DNA of 64,000 nucleotides from Vulcanimicrobiota bacterium (GTDB taxonomy: Bacteria; Vulcanimicrobiota; Xenobia; Xenobiales; JADMJV01), in contig JAFKGI010000028.1 in NCBI GenBank assembly GCA_017307785.1, forward strand, positions 22,752-86,751. Direction: 5' to 3'. Shown here one piece after another: positions 53,802 to 63,754 of the stretch. Every line of letters begins with the position of its first letter. The stretch's first letter is position 1. Below the pieces are notes generated by a model, which saw nothing but the letters and a program-made list of their open reading frames with translations, had not been told where the DNA came from and made no database searches. Both the position numbers and the translations under genes were made by a program.

Positions 53802-53868
53802 TCTTAACCCGCTTTCTAGAACTACAATCAGAAACTTCCGGTTGGGCGCGGATGGCTCCTGCTGGCCT

Positions 53869-55344
53869 CTAAAGGCCGCCCAGCAACCCCTGCATCCAAT
53901 CCAGAACCGGACCAGCCCACAGCGACAGGGCGAAAACTCCCGCCACGGCCGTCGCGATGACGGCCCAGAAGGTGGGTGGCAACTGTTTCTGGGGCTCGGG
54001 AGCAGGACCCAGGCTGTAGGCCTGGACTACGAAGCGCAGATAGTAAGCAGCCGAGAGCAACGAGCCGACCAGCGCGGCCGCCACCAGGTATTTGGGCAGC
54101 GGTCCACCGGGAGCGGCCATCAGGCTGCTGAAGAGGTGGTATTTGGCCACAAAGCCGGCCGTGGGCGGAAGGCCCGTCAGACTGAACAAGCAGGCCGCCA
54201 GAGCCGCCGCCAAATAAGGTTGACGCATGCTGAGACCGGCCATCGAGGACAGTTCCGTCGACTCGCCCGTTTCTTCCAGAGCCGCCACCACGGCGAAAGC
54301 CCCGAAGTTCATGCAGAGGTAGACGAGCAGGTAGAAAAACAGGCTGACGCGTGCCCCCGGGGTGCCCACGAATATGGCGCTCAGCAGATAGCCGGCCTGC
54401 GCGATGCCGGAGTAAGCCAGCAAACGCTTCAGGTTGGTCTGCGAGAGGGCCATCAAGTTGCCGAAGATCATCGAGAGAATCGACAGCGACCAGAGAATCA
54501 CCCACCACTGAATGCGGGCAGTGTCGGCCGCGGCACCGGCCAGGCCGAGCGTCATCGGGAAGAATCGTAGAAGAGCGATGAGAGCAGCCGTCTTGGTGGC
54601 CACCGACATGAAGGCGGCCACCGGGGTGGGAGCGCCCTGATACACGTCGGGAGTCCAGAGATGGAACGGCACGGCCGAGACCTTGAAGGCCAGACCGGCT
54701 GCCAGCAGAGCACTGCCGACCATCAGCAGCACGCCGCCCTGGTCGACGCGAGCGCCGATCTCGTGCAGCCAGGTGCTGCCGGTGGCACCATAAATCAGCG
54801 CCATGCCGTAGAGAATGACGGCCGAGGCCAGGGAGCTCAGGATGAAATACTTGAGTCCGGATTCCTGACAGGCCGGCTTTTCCGGCTGGAAGATGCACAA
54901 CAGATAGAGCGCCAACGAAAACAGTTCCAGGGCCAGGAAGCTCACCAGCAGCGAGTTGCTGCCCATCAGCATGACCATACCCAGAGCCGAACCAGTCAAG
55001 AGCGCGTAGAACTCGCCCAGATGGCCGGTTTCCTCAATCGCCTTGGGAACCAACAGAGTCACCGCGGCCAGGCTCAGGAAGATGATCAACGAGCCGAGGC
55101 GCGTGACTCCATCGTAGATCCACATCTTGTGGACTACGGCTTCGCTTGCCTGTTCCGGGCAACAAGCCAGATAGAGCACTCCCACCAGGCTGACCAGCAG
55201 CGTCCAAAATCCACCGGTGGTCCGGCTCTTGGGTGCGCGCAAAATTTCCAACAGGAAGTGAAAGACGAACAGACCGCCCAGCATGAGCAAGGGGACCATG
55301 CCCTGCCAGGCCAGCGCGGGCTTCAAAATCGGCATCGGGTTCAT
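53869..55344 (-). CDS. nuoN: NADH-quinone oxidoreductase subunit N
   Basis: 491 aa from the internal ATG (MNPMPILKPALAWQG...). ATGA overlap with nuoM. Polytopic antiporter-like subunit at the last position of the nuo order. Confidence 0.9.
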   Translation of the reverse strand: MNPMPILKPALAWQGMVPLLMLGGLFVFHFLLEILRAPKSRTTGGFWTLLVSLVGVLYLACCPEQASEAVVHKMWIYDGVTRLGSLIIFLSLAAVTLLVPKAIEETGHLGEFYALLTGSALGMVMLMGSNSLLVSFLALELFSLALYLLCIFQPEKPACQESGLKYFILSSLASAVILYGMALIYGATGSTWLHEIGARVDQGGVLLMVGSALLAAGLAFKVSAVPFHLWTPDVYQGAPTPVAAFMSVATKTAALIALLRFFPMTLGLAGAAADTARIQWWVILWSLSILSMIFGNLMALSQTNLKRLLAYSGIAQAGYLLSAIFVGTPGARVSLFFYLLVYLCMNFGAFAVVAALEETGESTELSSMAGLSMRQPYLAAALAACLFSLTGLPPTAGFVAKYHLFSSLMAAPGGPLPKYLVAAALVGSLLSAAYYLRFVVQAYSLGPAPEPQKQLPPTFWAVIATAVAGVFALSLWAGPVLDWMQGLLGGL

Positions 55345-56738
55345 AGCAGGGCCCTCGTCCACTGAAGAATGGTCAGGTCGGGGAAGAATCCGACGGCAAA
55401 GCAGAGCAGAACCAACGGGAGCAAGGACACCCACTCGTTCTCGTTGAGGTCTGTGTGCAACGGACCGTCCTGAACGGGTCCGTTGAAAGTGCCCTGGTAG
55501 AAGCGCAAGCCATACCAGGCCGCCAGCACCACGCCGGAAGAGGCCAGCAGAGCCAGCAGCGGGCTGACCTGGAAGATACCGGTCAGCATCGAAAGTTCAG
55601 CCGGGAAGGAGCACAGACCTGGACATCCCAGCGAGCCCATCGCCAGCACCAGAGCCAGGGCGGCCAGTTGCGGAGTGGAGCGGGACAAACCACCGAGATG
55701 TTTCACCTCGGACGAAAGGCCGCGGTTCTCCAGCGAAGCCACCACCAGGAAGAGGCCGCCGGTGCAGACACCGTGAGCGAACATCTGCAGGATGGCGCCA
55801 CTCTGACCGGCAGCCGTGGAACTCACCACCGCCAACGTCAGCAGACCCAGATGGGAAAGACTGGAGTAGGCCAGGATGCTGCGCAGGCAGCCGGCGCCCA
55901 AAGCGCTGACGCCGCCGTGCAGCACGCTCACCAGGGCCAGACCGGCCAACACCGAGGCGTAGTGACTGGTGGCGTCGGGAAAGATTCCCAACAGCACTCG
56001 CAGCAGTCCGAAGGCTCCCGCCTTGGACATCGCGCCGGCCACCACCGCCACCACCGGCGCGGGGGCCGAACGGTAGAGGTCCAGCTGCCAGCCGTGCAGA
56101 GGGAAGACCGGCAGCTTGACCAGGAAGGCCAGAGCGAACAGCCAGAACAAAGACAGTTGCAGTTCTTCGGGCAGATGGGCCAGTTGCGAGAAGCCCAGGC
56201 CGGCACCGGCGGTCTGGAAGCCCAGCGCCAGAATACCCAGCAGCATCGGCAAGCTGCCCATCAAGGTGTAGAGAAAGAATTTCAGCGAGGCAGCCCGGCC
56301 GCGGTCGCCTCCCCAGCGAGAGACGAGCAACAGCGTGGGCAGCAGCATCAGCTCGAAGAAGACGTAGAAGAGACCGAGATTGTCGGCCAGGAACAGACCT
56401 TGCAGACCGGCCAACAGCATGAGCAGGTGACCGCAGTATTCGCTGCGGCGCTCCAAACCGGGTCGGGTCAGACCGAGGGCGCAAAAGGTGAGCAGCGGAG
56501 TCAACACCAGCATGGTCAGGCCGGCCGGGTTCAAGGCCAGATCAAAGTTGATGCCCAGCTGGGGCAACCAGGGGCGAGAAAAGACTTGCTGACCGCCGTC
56601 GACCATGGCCCACAATCCCTGGAACAAGGAGAGCAGGGCGACCAACCGAGCCGTGGCCACCGCATTGCGGTCGCGCGTCTGATAACAGAAAAGAGCTCCC
56701 AACAAGGGCAGCAGAATGAGGCCGGGCAAAGAAATCAC
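55341..56738 (-). CDS. nuoM: NADH-quinone oxidoreductase subunit M
   Basis: 465 aa antiporter-like subunit. GTGA overlap with nuoL. Confidence 0.9.
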   Translation of the reverse strand: MISLPGLILLPLLGALFCYQTRDRNAVATARLVALLSLFQGLWAMVDGGQQVFSRPWLPQLGINFDLALNPAGLTMLVLTPLLTFCALGLTRPGLERRSEYCGHLLMLLAGLQGLFLADNLGLFYVFFELMLLPTLLLVSRWGGDRGRAASLKFFLYTLMGSLPMLLGILALGFQTAGAGLGFSQLAHLPEELQLSLFWLFALAFLVKLPVFPLHGWQLDLYRSAPAPVVAVVAGAMSKAGAFGLLRVLLGIFPDATSHYASVLAGLALVSVLHGGVSALGAGCLRSILAYSSLSHLGLLTLAVVSSTAAGQSGAILQMFAHGVCTGGLFLVVASLENRGLSSEVKHLGGLSRSTPQLAALALVLAMGSLGCPGLCSFPAELSMLTGIFQVSPLLALLASSGVVLAAWYGLRFYQGTFNGPVQDGPLHTDLNENEWVSLLPLVLLCFAVGFFPDLTILQWTRALL

Positions 56739-58612
56739 TGGCCACCACCTCCAACCGCTAGACTAAAGAGAGCGTAAACAAAGACCGCCAGCAGAGTGCT
56801 GGAGGCCAGCACGGCCACCGCATACAACCGCAGGCTGCCTCCCTGTAACTGACAGAGCAGAGCTGACGTGCCCAGCATGCTGCGCTGGATCAAATTGGGT
56901 GCCTGTTGCGAAATCACCGGGTCCACCTTGATGGCGACCATATCGGCGAAGCGCCGGAAGGAAGCCGCGATGCTGAGGCTCAGCGAATCGATGGCCTCCG
57001 GTCCCCGCAGCAAAGGCTCGGCACTGTCAGGCACCAGAGCCGGGCGGCCGGTCTTATGAGACGAGTAGGCCGTAGCCAGACCCACTAACCCCACCAGGAT
57101 GGCGGTGATTTGCAGAGCTCCGAAAGTCTCATGCACTTCGGGAACAGGCGCTTGCGTGGCCAATCCCTGAACTTCGGTGACCAGTTCGTGTCCGCCCAGG
57201 CCGGCGACCACGGTGGCCAGGCTCAAGACGGCCAGCGGCCAGGTCATAGAAGAACCGGGGAGATGAAGCTTGCCGTCGTGTTGGGCCGGGGCCCAGAAAG
57301 TGAGCACGTAAGCTCGGCCGGTGTAGTAGGCGGTCAGCAGAGCCGTCACAATTCCCACACCCCAGAGGATCTGATTCTCCAGACCACCCTCTTTGTAGGT
57401 CCCCAGAAGAATCGCCTCCTTCGACCAGAAGCCCACCAGCGGCGGGATACCGGCCAGCGCCAGAGCGCCAATCAGGAACGCGAGATGGACGCCGGGCATC
57501 TTCTTGCCCAGGCCACCCATTTTGCGAATGTCCTGCTCTCCGTGCAAGGCGTGAATCACCACGCCCGCGGTCAGGAACAGCAAGGCCTTGAAGAAAGCGT
57601 GACTGACCAGATGGAAGATGGCGGCTCCGTAGACCCCCATGCCGGCCGCCATGAACATGTAGCCCAACTGCGACATCGTGGAATAGGCCAGAATTCGCTT
57701 CAGGTCGTTCTGCACGACGGCGCACAGGGCCGCCACCAGGGCGGTGATCGCTCCCAGACGCGCCATGATGACCATCAGGTCGGCCGCGCCGGGGTGCATA
57801 TAAAGCGGGGCGCAGCGCACCATCAAATAGACGCCGGCCGTCACCATGGTGGCGGCGTGGATGAGGGCCGAGACCGGAGTCGGGCCTTCCATCGCGTCCG
57901 GCAGCCAGGTGTGCAGCGGCAATTGGGCCGACTTGGCGTAGGCCGCAATCATCAAACAGATACCCGCCAGCAGCAGCATATCGCCGCTCAGGGTGTCCAG
58001 GACATCCTTGCTCAGAAAGTCGCCGAAGGCGACGCTTCCCGTGCGAGTGCCGATAATGAAGATGGCAAACATCATGGCCACGTCGCCGACCACGTTGATG
58101 AGAAAAGCTTTGCGGGCGGCCGATACAGCCGAGGGCTTGTTGCGATAGAACCCGATCAGGGAGTAGGAGGCGAAGCCGACGCCTCCCCAACCGACCAGCA
58201 ACAGGGCCAGATTGTTGGCCATCACCAGCACCACCATCGTGGCCACGAACAGGTTGAGACAGGCGAAAAAGCGCCCGTAGTCTTCCTCGTCACTCATGTA
58301 GCCCATCGAGAAGCAGTGGATGAGAAAGGCGACACCGGTCACGGTGCACAACATCGTGGTGCTCAGGGGATCGGCCAGGGCGGCCAGATCCACGCCGGAC
58401 ACACCGGGAATCTGCAACCAGGTGCCGATTCGAGAGGTGAACTCTCCGTGCTCGTGCACTCGCAGCCAGGTGAGCGCGGCCGCCGAGAACGAGCCCAACA
58501 TAGCCAGACTGGCCACCATACCGGTGGCAGCCTTGCCGAGGGTGCGGAAATGAGTGGCGCACAGCAGCGAGCCGAGCAGCGGAAACAGTAATATCAGCCA
58601 GATGACGACCAT
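56735..58612 (-). CDS. nuoL: NADH-quinone oxidoreductase subunit L
   Basis: 625 aa antiporter-like subunit with a C-terminal lateral-helix extension. Confidence 0.9.
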   Translation of the reverse strand: MVVIWLILLFPLLGSLLCATHFRTLGKAATGMVASLAMLGSFSAAALTWLRVHEHGEFTSRIGTWLQIPGVSGVDLAALADPLSTTMLCTVTGVAFLIHCFSMGYMSDEEDYGRFFACLNLFVATMVVLVMANNLALLLVGWGGVGFASYSLIGFYRNKPSAVSAARKAFLINVVGDVAMMFAIFIIGTRTGSVAFGDFLSKDVLDTLSGDMLLLAGICLMIAAYAKSAQLPLHTWLPDAMEGPTPVSALIHAATMVTAGVYLMVRCAPLYMHPGAADLMVIMARLGAITALVAALCAVVQNDLKRILAYSTMSQLGYMFMAAGMGVYGAAIFHLVSHAFFKALLFLTAGVVIHALHGEQDIRKMGGLGKKMPGVHLAFLIGALALAGIPPLVGFWSKEAILLGTYKEGGLENQILWGVGIVTALLTAYYTGRAYVLTFWAPAQHDGKLHLPGSSMTWPLAVLSLATVVAGLGGHELVTEVQGLATQAPVPEVHETFGALQITAILVGLVGLATAYSSHKTGRPALVPDSAEPLLRGPEAIDSLSLSIAASFRRFADMVAIKVDPVISQQAPNLIQRSMLGTSALLCQLQGGSLRLYAVAVLASSTLLAVFVYALFSLAVGGGGQ

Positions 58613-58615
58613 GGC

Positions 58616-58978
58616 TTAACCCTTTAACTCCGAAAGCTCGTCGGCGTCGACTTGCTTGCGGGTGCGGAAGATAGCGATGATGATGGCCAGCCCGACAACC
58701 GCTTCCGCGGCCGCGATGGTCATCACCAGAAAGACGAAAATCGAGCCGTCGGCGGCCGAACCCAGGTCGTTGTTGGCAACCAGTTCGACGCCACCCGGCA
58801 GGGTCTCGGGAATTCGCGAGTAGTAGCGGGAAAAAGTCGCCAGGGCCAGGTTGGCCGAGTTCAGCATCAGTTCGATGCACATGAACATGATCAGCGGATT
58901 GCGGCGGATAGCCACGCCGATGGAGCCGATGGCAAACAGGGCGGCGCTCAAGAAAAGCGTGATCATTCCGTCAGTCAC
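58616..58978 (-). CDS. nuoK: NADH-quinone oxidoreductase subunit K (with ~20-aa loop insertion)
   Basis: 120 aa. It has a NuoK-like TM1-TM2 (LFLSAALFAIGSIGVAIRRNPLIMFMCIELMLNSANLA) and TM3 (VFLVMTIAAAEAVVGLAIIIAIF). An alternative ATG lies at 58966. Confidence 0.85.
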   Translation of the reverse strand: MTDGMITLFLSAALFAIGSIGVAIRRNPLIMFMCIELMLNSANLALATFSRYYSRIPETLPGGVELVANNDLGSAADGSIFVFLVMTIAAAEAVVGLAIIIAIFRTRKQVDADELSELKG

Positions 58979-59489
58979 GGGACGGTCCCCCTCGATCCAG
59001 GTCGCGCAGACGGCGATGTCCCAGCAGGACCACGCCGATCAGGGCGACCAACAAGACGAAGGCTGTGCCTTCGAAAGGAAAGACATATTTGCCGAACAGG
59101 TTGGTGGCGAAGTCCTTCAGGCTGCCCTGGTCGGGAGGCGCCAGGTCGGTGAGCACCGCCCGCGAGTTGACCACAATCAGGCAGCCGCCCAGCAGGGCGG
59201 CCACGCCGACGCCGGTCAACTTATAGGAATCATTCCATTTGCCCAACATCTCGTCTTCCGGGGCCAGCACCGTAACGGCGAAGAGAAACACAACCATGAT
59301 GGCGCCGGCATAAACCAGCAACTGAGCGGCTCCCAGGAAGTGCAGAGACATCAACAAGTAAAGCACGGCCACGCAGAGTAGATTGCAGGTAAGGAAAAGC
59401 GCGGAATGGACGGCCTGGCGACTGAAGGCCACGCCGAAGGCGCTGATCAGAGCCAGCACCGCCATCACGCACTTCGCGATCATGACCAT
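58971..59489 (-). CDS. nuoJ: NADH-quinone oxidoreductase subunit J
   Basis: 172 aa membrane subunit, placed between nuoI and nuoK. Confidence 0.85.
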   Translation of the reverse strand: MVMIAKCVMAVLALISAFGVAFSRQAVHSALFLTCNLLCVAVLYLLMSLHFLGAAQLLVYAGAIMVVFLFAVTVLAPEDEMLGKWNDSYKLTGVGVAALLGGCLIVVNSRAVLTDLAPPDQGSLKDFATNLFGKYVFPFEGTAFVLLVALIGVVLLGHRRLRDLDRGGPSRD

Positions 59490-60067
59490 CAGTGGCCCGC
59501 TCCCGGTTTGCGGGACGGCCGGTTGCCCTGGCCCACGGCGGCCGAAGAGGTCTCCGAGCCATCGAACTCTCCCGCGTTGGGAGTCGGCGGCTTGGGATCC
59601 CAGGCCTGAGTGGAGCCGAGCGTGGCGGTCCCCTTCGGCTCAAGCAATTCTTCCTTGTGGATCAGCAGCGACTGGCGCGTGTAGCCGGCGATGGCCGTGT
59701 TGTTCTCGAGCGTGATGGCATTGGTGGGGCAGGCCAGTTCGCAGTGGCCGCAATAGATGCAGCGCAGCAAATCGACGTCGAAAACCTTGGCGTGACGTTC
59801 GCCCGCCGAGACCTGATTGTCGGCGGTGTTCTCGGCGGGTTCGATGTAAATCGCGCCAGCCGGGCAAGTTCCCTGACAGAGTAGACAGCCGACACAGCGT
59901 TCGCGGCCGTCCTCATAACGATGTAATACGTGTCGGCCGCGGGTGCGGGCGGGAAACTTGCGCTTGTTCTCGGGGTAGGTGATCGTCACCGGTTTCTGCA
60001 GCATGTTGCGAAAAGTGATGCTCAGGCCTTTGCCGAGCGCGATCAAATCTTTGATTACTTCATCCAC
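59489..60067 (-). CDS. nuoI: NADH-quinone oxidoreductase subunit I (2x[4Fe-4S] ferredoxin)
   Basis: 192 aa from GTG, with CVGCLLCQGTCP and CIYCGHCELACP cluster motifs and a ~45-aa Pro/Gly-rich C-terminal tail. Confidence 0.9.
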   Translation of the reverse strand: MDEVIKDLIALGKGLSITFRNMLQKPVTITYPENKRKFPARTRGRHVLHRYEDGRERCVGCLLCQGTCPAGAIYIEPAENTADNQVSAGERHAKVFDVDLLRCIYCGHCELACPTNAITLENNTAIAGYTRQSLLIHKEELLEPKGTATLGSTQAWDPKPPTPNAGEFDGSETSSAAVGQGNRPSRKPGAGH

Positions 60068-60109
60068 GGTTTGCGCAGTTCTCCTTTCTCTTTTTCACTC
60101 CGGCCAGCT

Positions 60110-60125
60110 CGTGAAATTTTTCACA
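60110..60125. promoter_or_regulatory. CRP/FNR-family-like palindrome in the nuoH-nuoI gap
   Basis: The minus strand reads TGTGA-aaaatt-TCACg, a 9/10 match to TGTGA-N6-TCACA. It is centred about 50 nt upstream of the nuoI start, in the only long (103 nt) gap of the operon. Confidence 0.3.
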
Positions 60126-60170
60126 TAGCCTGAGGTAATCTATGGCAGATGGTTCTGGTTGTAAAGGGCT

Positions 60171-61331
60171 TTAGTGGTGGTGAGCGTCCTGATGCTGAGG
60201 CTTACGATTCAGCATCGAAAGGGCAATCAGCGTCACCATCATCGAGGCGATAGCCAGGGTAAATTGGTAAGACTTCCAGCGCAGGGCCACGCCCAAAGCC
60301 GTCACGCCCAGGTTGATGAGACCCAGCGGCAGCAAGAACTGCCAGCCAATGCGCATCAACTGGTCGAAGCGGAAGCGCGGGAAGGTGGCGCGCAGCCAGA
60401 TAAAGACGAACATGAAGAAGTAGACTTTGAGCAAGAACCAGTGCGGGCCGTAGGCCAGCAAGCGGTTGAACACGCTGCCCGAGGGGTCGACCGGCAAGCC
60501 GCCGGGGCCGCCCAGAAAGACGGTGGTGGCCACCGAACTGACGGTGAACATATTGACGTATTCCGCCATAAAGAACATGGCGAACTTCATGCCGCTGTAC
60601 TCGGTGTGGTAACCGGCGCCCAGCTCTTGTTCGGCTTCGGGCAGGTCGAAGGGCGCGCGGTTGACCTCGGCCACGGCCGCCGTCCAGTAAAGGAAAAAGG
60701 CCACCGGCTGGGCCAGAATCAACCAGCCGCCGTCTCCGTGAAGGTAGGAGCCGTCGATCTGCTGATTGATGACGTCGCGGAACGAAAGGCTGCCCACCAT
60801 CATCAGCGGACTGACCAGGGCGGTGCCCAGCGCCAGTTCGTAGGAAATGACCTGAGCACTGGAACGGATCGCTCCCAGCAACGCGTATTTGTTGTTGCTG
60901 GCCCAGCCGCCCAAGATAATGCCGTAGACGCCCAGCGAGCTGATACCCAAAAGGTACAAAACGCCGATGCTGGGGTCGGACACCCAGGGCTCGATGGTGT
61001 AGCCGTAGACGGTGAGCGGGTCTTTGTCGATGGGAATGACGGCATAGGCCGACAGAGCCACCACCAGCGAAATCATCGGTGCCAGCACGAAGAGAAAAGT
61101 CTTGGCTTCTTTCGGCTGCAGCTGCTCCTTGAAAAGGAGCTTGATGCCGTCGGCGGCCGGCTGTAGCAGACCCCACGGGCCCACCTTGTTGGGGCCCACG
61201 CGCCACTGCATACGCGCCACGATGCGGCGCTCGCCCCAGGTCATGTAGGCAAAGCCGGTGAGCAGCGCTACGCTAAAAATGACCGCCTTGATGACGACGG
61301 CCACGAAAAATCCTAGAGCCTCCATGCTCAT
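60171..61331 (-). CDS. nuoH: NADH-quinone oxidoreductase subunit H
   Basis: 386 aa. NuoH/ND1-like features: WGERRIVARMQWRVGPNKVGPWGLLQP, EYSGMKFAMFFMAEY. ATGA overlap with nuoG. Confidence 0.9.
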   Translation of the reverse strand: MSMEALGFFVAVVIKAVIFSVALLTGFAYMTWGERRIVARMQWRVGPNKVGPWGLLQPAADGIKLLFKEQLQPKEAKTFLFVLAPMISLVVALSAYAVIPIDKDPLTVYGYTIEPWVSDPSIGVLYLLGISSLGVYGIILGGWASNNKYALLGAIRSSAQVISYELALGTALVSPLMMVGSLSFRDVINQQIDGSYLHGDGGWLILAQPVAFFLYWTAAVAEVNRAPFDLPEAEQELGAGYHTEYSGMKFAMFFMAEYVNMFTVSSVATTVFLGGPGGLPVDPSGSVFNRLLAYGPHWFLLKVYFFMFVFIWLRATFPRFRFDQLMRIGWQFLLPLGLINLGVTALGVALRWKSYQFTLAIASMMVTLIALSMLNRKPQHQDAHHH

Positions 61332-63754
61332 GCTTCGGTCACCTCTTGCACGGGCTGCTCGGCCTCGGTCTGCTTGATCTGCACGGCCGGCAGAGGCAGC
61401 TCACGAGCGCCGCCACCGATGGCGTGATAACGATTGGCCGGGCTGGGTCCCGGAGCCTGAGGCCCGGTGCCGGCCACGATGCGTCCGCCCAAGACGGGAG
61501 GCGAATCCTGGATCACGGGTAGCACCAGACTCAGCCGACTGGCCATTTGGCGGGGATCCAGCTGACCCACCACCGCGGGGGGCTGATCTCCAGCCAGTAG
61601 ACGCGAGACCCGCTCCACTCGCGAGCCGGTGTCGACGGCCGGTTGCCAGGGAGCGGCATCGGCGCGCTTGACCGGGATACCCGAAAGGTCCGCGCGCGGA
61701 GTGCCGATTTTGCCCTGCTGGGGATACGACCAGTGCACGGCCGCGTCGGTCTGGAAGTCGTTGTAGGAGGCCGCCGTATAAAGCGGGTTCAACCGACCGA
61801 TCTGCGAGAAAATCTTGCTGGTCGTATCGGTGTCCCATTTCTGGCCCAGCGCTTCGGCCAGCTTGTGGAGAATCTGCCAGTCCGGCAAACTCTCGTGCTG
61901 GGGCGGCAGGGCTTGGCGGCACAACTGCACGGTGCCGTCCAGATTGGTCATCGTCATGGCCTGCTCCACGAAAGAGCTTGCCGGCAAGACCACGTCGGCC
62001 TGTTCGGCGGCGGCGCTGCGGAACAGATCCACCACCACCAGGAAATCCGGCTTCTTCTCGAGCCTGTCTTCAGCGATTAACAGCATCGCCTGCAGCGGGT
62101 TGCTCGAGCCGGTCATGGAGGCGTAATCGGCGCCTTCGCCGGTGGCAAACGAGCCCCAGGCGGCGCTGTAAGCCTCCTTGGCCTCGGCCAACTTCTGCCA
62201 GCCCGGAGCAAAAACGGGCAGTACGCCCATCTCTCGCAGACCGACCGAATTAGCGCCGGCCACCAGCATCAGCAAGCCGTGCGGGGCCTCCACGCCCAGC
62301 TTTTCAGCCAGCGCTTCCAGACCTTCGACCGGGTGGTCTTCGGAAAAGACGAACACCACGCGATTGGACTTTTTCAAGACTTTCGCGGCCTTGGTCAGGT
62401 CGCTGCTGGTGGAACCACCGGGCTCCCAGGGTCGGGGGCGCGGATGGGTGATGGCGGCTTTTTCTTCTTCGGGCAGTCCGTCGAAGGCCTCGCTCAGCTC
62501 CGCCAGCGAACCAACGTGATAATCTGCGTAGCCGGAAAGGCCATTCTCACCGACACAAATCAACTCGGCGTGACGACGCAGGCCTTTTTTGATGCGCAGG
62601 TCGATGCCCGGATTGGTCTTGGTGGGATCGCAGCCGACCACCACGATGGCCGTGGCCGTGTCCAATCCCTCGATCTTGGCCGTCAATTTGAGCGGCGAAC
62701 CTTCCCGGAAGGCCAGACCGCGGCGATGATCCAGGTTGGGGCTGCCCAACAGGCCGCGCATCAAGCGGGTCAACAGCCAGCCGCCCTCGTTGGAGAGCTT
62801 GGGACCGGCCACGGCGCCAACCTTGTCGGCACCGAACTTCTTCAGCCCCTCGGCGGCGGCCTGAAGGGCCTCGCTCCAACTGGCTTCGACCAGCTGTCCG
62901 TTCTTGCGAACCAGCGGTTTCTTCAGGCGGTCCGGACTGGAGATAAACTTGTAGCCGTAGCGACCCTTGTCGCACAGCCAGCCATCGTCGATGGCATCGT
63001 TGCAGCGCGAACGGTAACGGGCCACCTCGTAGTAGCGCACGTCCACCGTCAGGTTACAGCCGGTCGCGCAGCCGTTGCATACGCTGGCATAGTTCTGCAG
63101 TTCCCAGGGACGCGACTTGAAGCGATAAGAACGGCTGGTCAAAGCTCCGACCGGACAAATCTCCACGGTATTGCCGGAAAACTGCGAGTCGAAGCTGCGA
63201 CCGGGGAAGGGTCCGATCTCGGCCTTGGTGCCGCGCTCGATGATCGTCAGGCCTTCTTCCATAGCCACTTCATCGCAGAAACGCACGCAGCGCATGCACA
63301 TGATGCAGCGCTCGCGGTCCAGAATCACTTCGTTCCCGACCTGCTTGGATTTTTCGAAATGGCGCTTGGTTTCTTCGAAGCGCGACTTACCGTGGCCATA
63401 GCGCAGGGTGAAGTCCTGCAAATCACACTCACCGCCGCGGTCACACACCGGACAGTCGAGCGGATGGTTGATGAGCAAAAGCTCGATAACGCCTTCGCGG
63501 GCTCGGGTGGCGGCGGCGTTGCGGGTGTGCACCACCATGCCTTCCATCACTTCGGTGGCGCAGGCCGGCATGATCGGGCGGCGTTGATTCTCCACGTCCA
63601 CCACGCACACGCGGCAAGCACCAACGGGAGCCAGCTTGGGGTGATAGCAGTAGACGGGAATCTCGATGTTCAGCTTGCGAGCCGCTTCGACAATCAGGGT
63701 GCCTTTGGGCACGGAGACGGACTGGCCGTCTATGGTCAAGGTAACTTCAGACAT
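61328..63754 (-). CDS. nuoG: NADH-quinone oxidoreductase subunit G
   Basis: 808 aa from the internal ATG (MSEVTLTIDGQSVSVPKGT...). It has 2Fe-2S and 4Fe-4S Cys motifs (CYHPKLAPVGACRVC, HPLDCPVCDRGGEC, CIMCMRCVRFC) and a molybdopterin-oxidoreductase-like body. TAATG overlap with nuoF. Confidence 0.9.
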   Translation of the reverse strand: MSEVTLTIDGQSVSVPKGTLIVEAARKLNIEIPVYCYHPKLAPVGACRVCVVDVENQRRPIMPACATEVMEGMVVHTRNAAATRAREGVIELLLINHPLDCPVCDRGGECDLQDFTLRYGHGKSRFEETKRHFEKSKQVGNEVILDRERCIMCMRCVRFCDEVAMEEGLTIIERGTKAEIGPFPGRSFDSQFSGNTVEICPVGALTSRSYRFKSRPWELQNYASVCNGCATGCNLTVDVRYYEVARYRSRCNDAIDDGWLCDKGRYGYKFISSPDRLKKPLVRKNGQLVEASWSEALQAAAEGLKKFGADKVGAVAGPKLSNEGGWLLTRLMRGLLGSPNLDHRRGLAFREGSPLKLTAKIEGLDTATAIVVVGCDPTKTNPGIDLRIKKGLRRHAELICVGENGLSGYADYHVGSLAELSEAFDGLPEEEKAAITHPRPRPWEPGGSTSSDLTKAAKVLKKSNRVVFVFSEDHPVEGLEALAEKLGVEAPHGLLMLVAGANSVGLREMGVLPVFAPGWQKLAEAKEAYSAAWGSFATGEGADYASMTGSSNPLQAMLLIAEDRLEKKPDFLVVVDLFRSAAAEQADVVLPASSFVEQAMTMTNLDGTVQLCRQALPPQHESLPDWQILHKLAEALGQKWDTDTTSKIFSQIGRLNPLYTAASYNDFQTDAAVHWSYPQQGKIGTPRADLSGIPVKRADAAPWQPAVDTGSRVERVSRLLAGDQPPAVVGQLDPRQMASRLSLVLPVIQDSPPVLGGRIVAGTGPQAPGPSPANRYHAIGGGARELPLPAVQIKQTEAEQPVQEVTEA

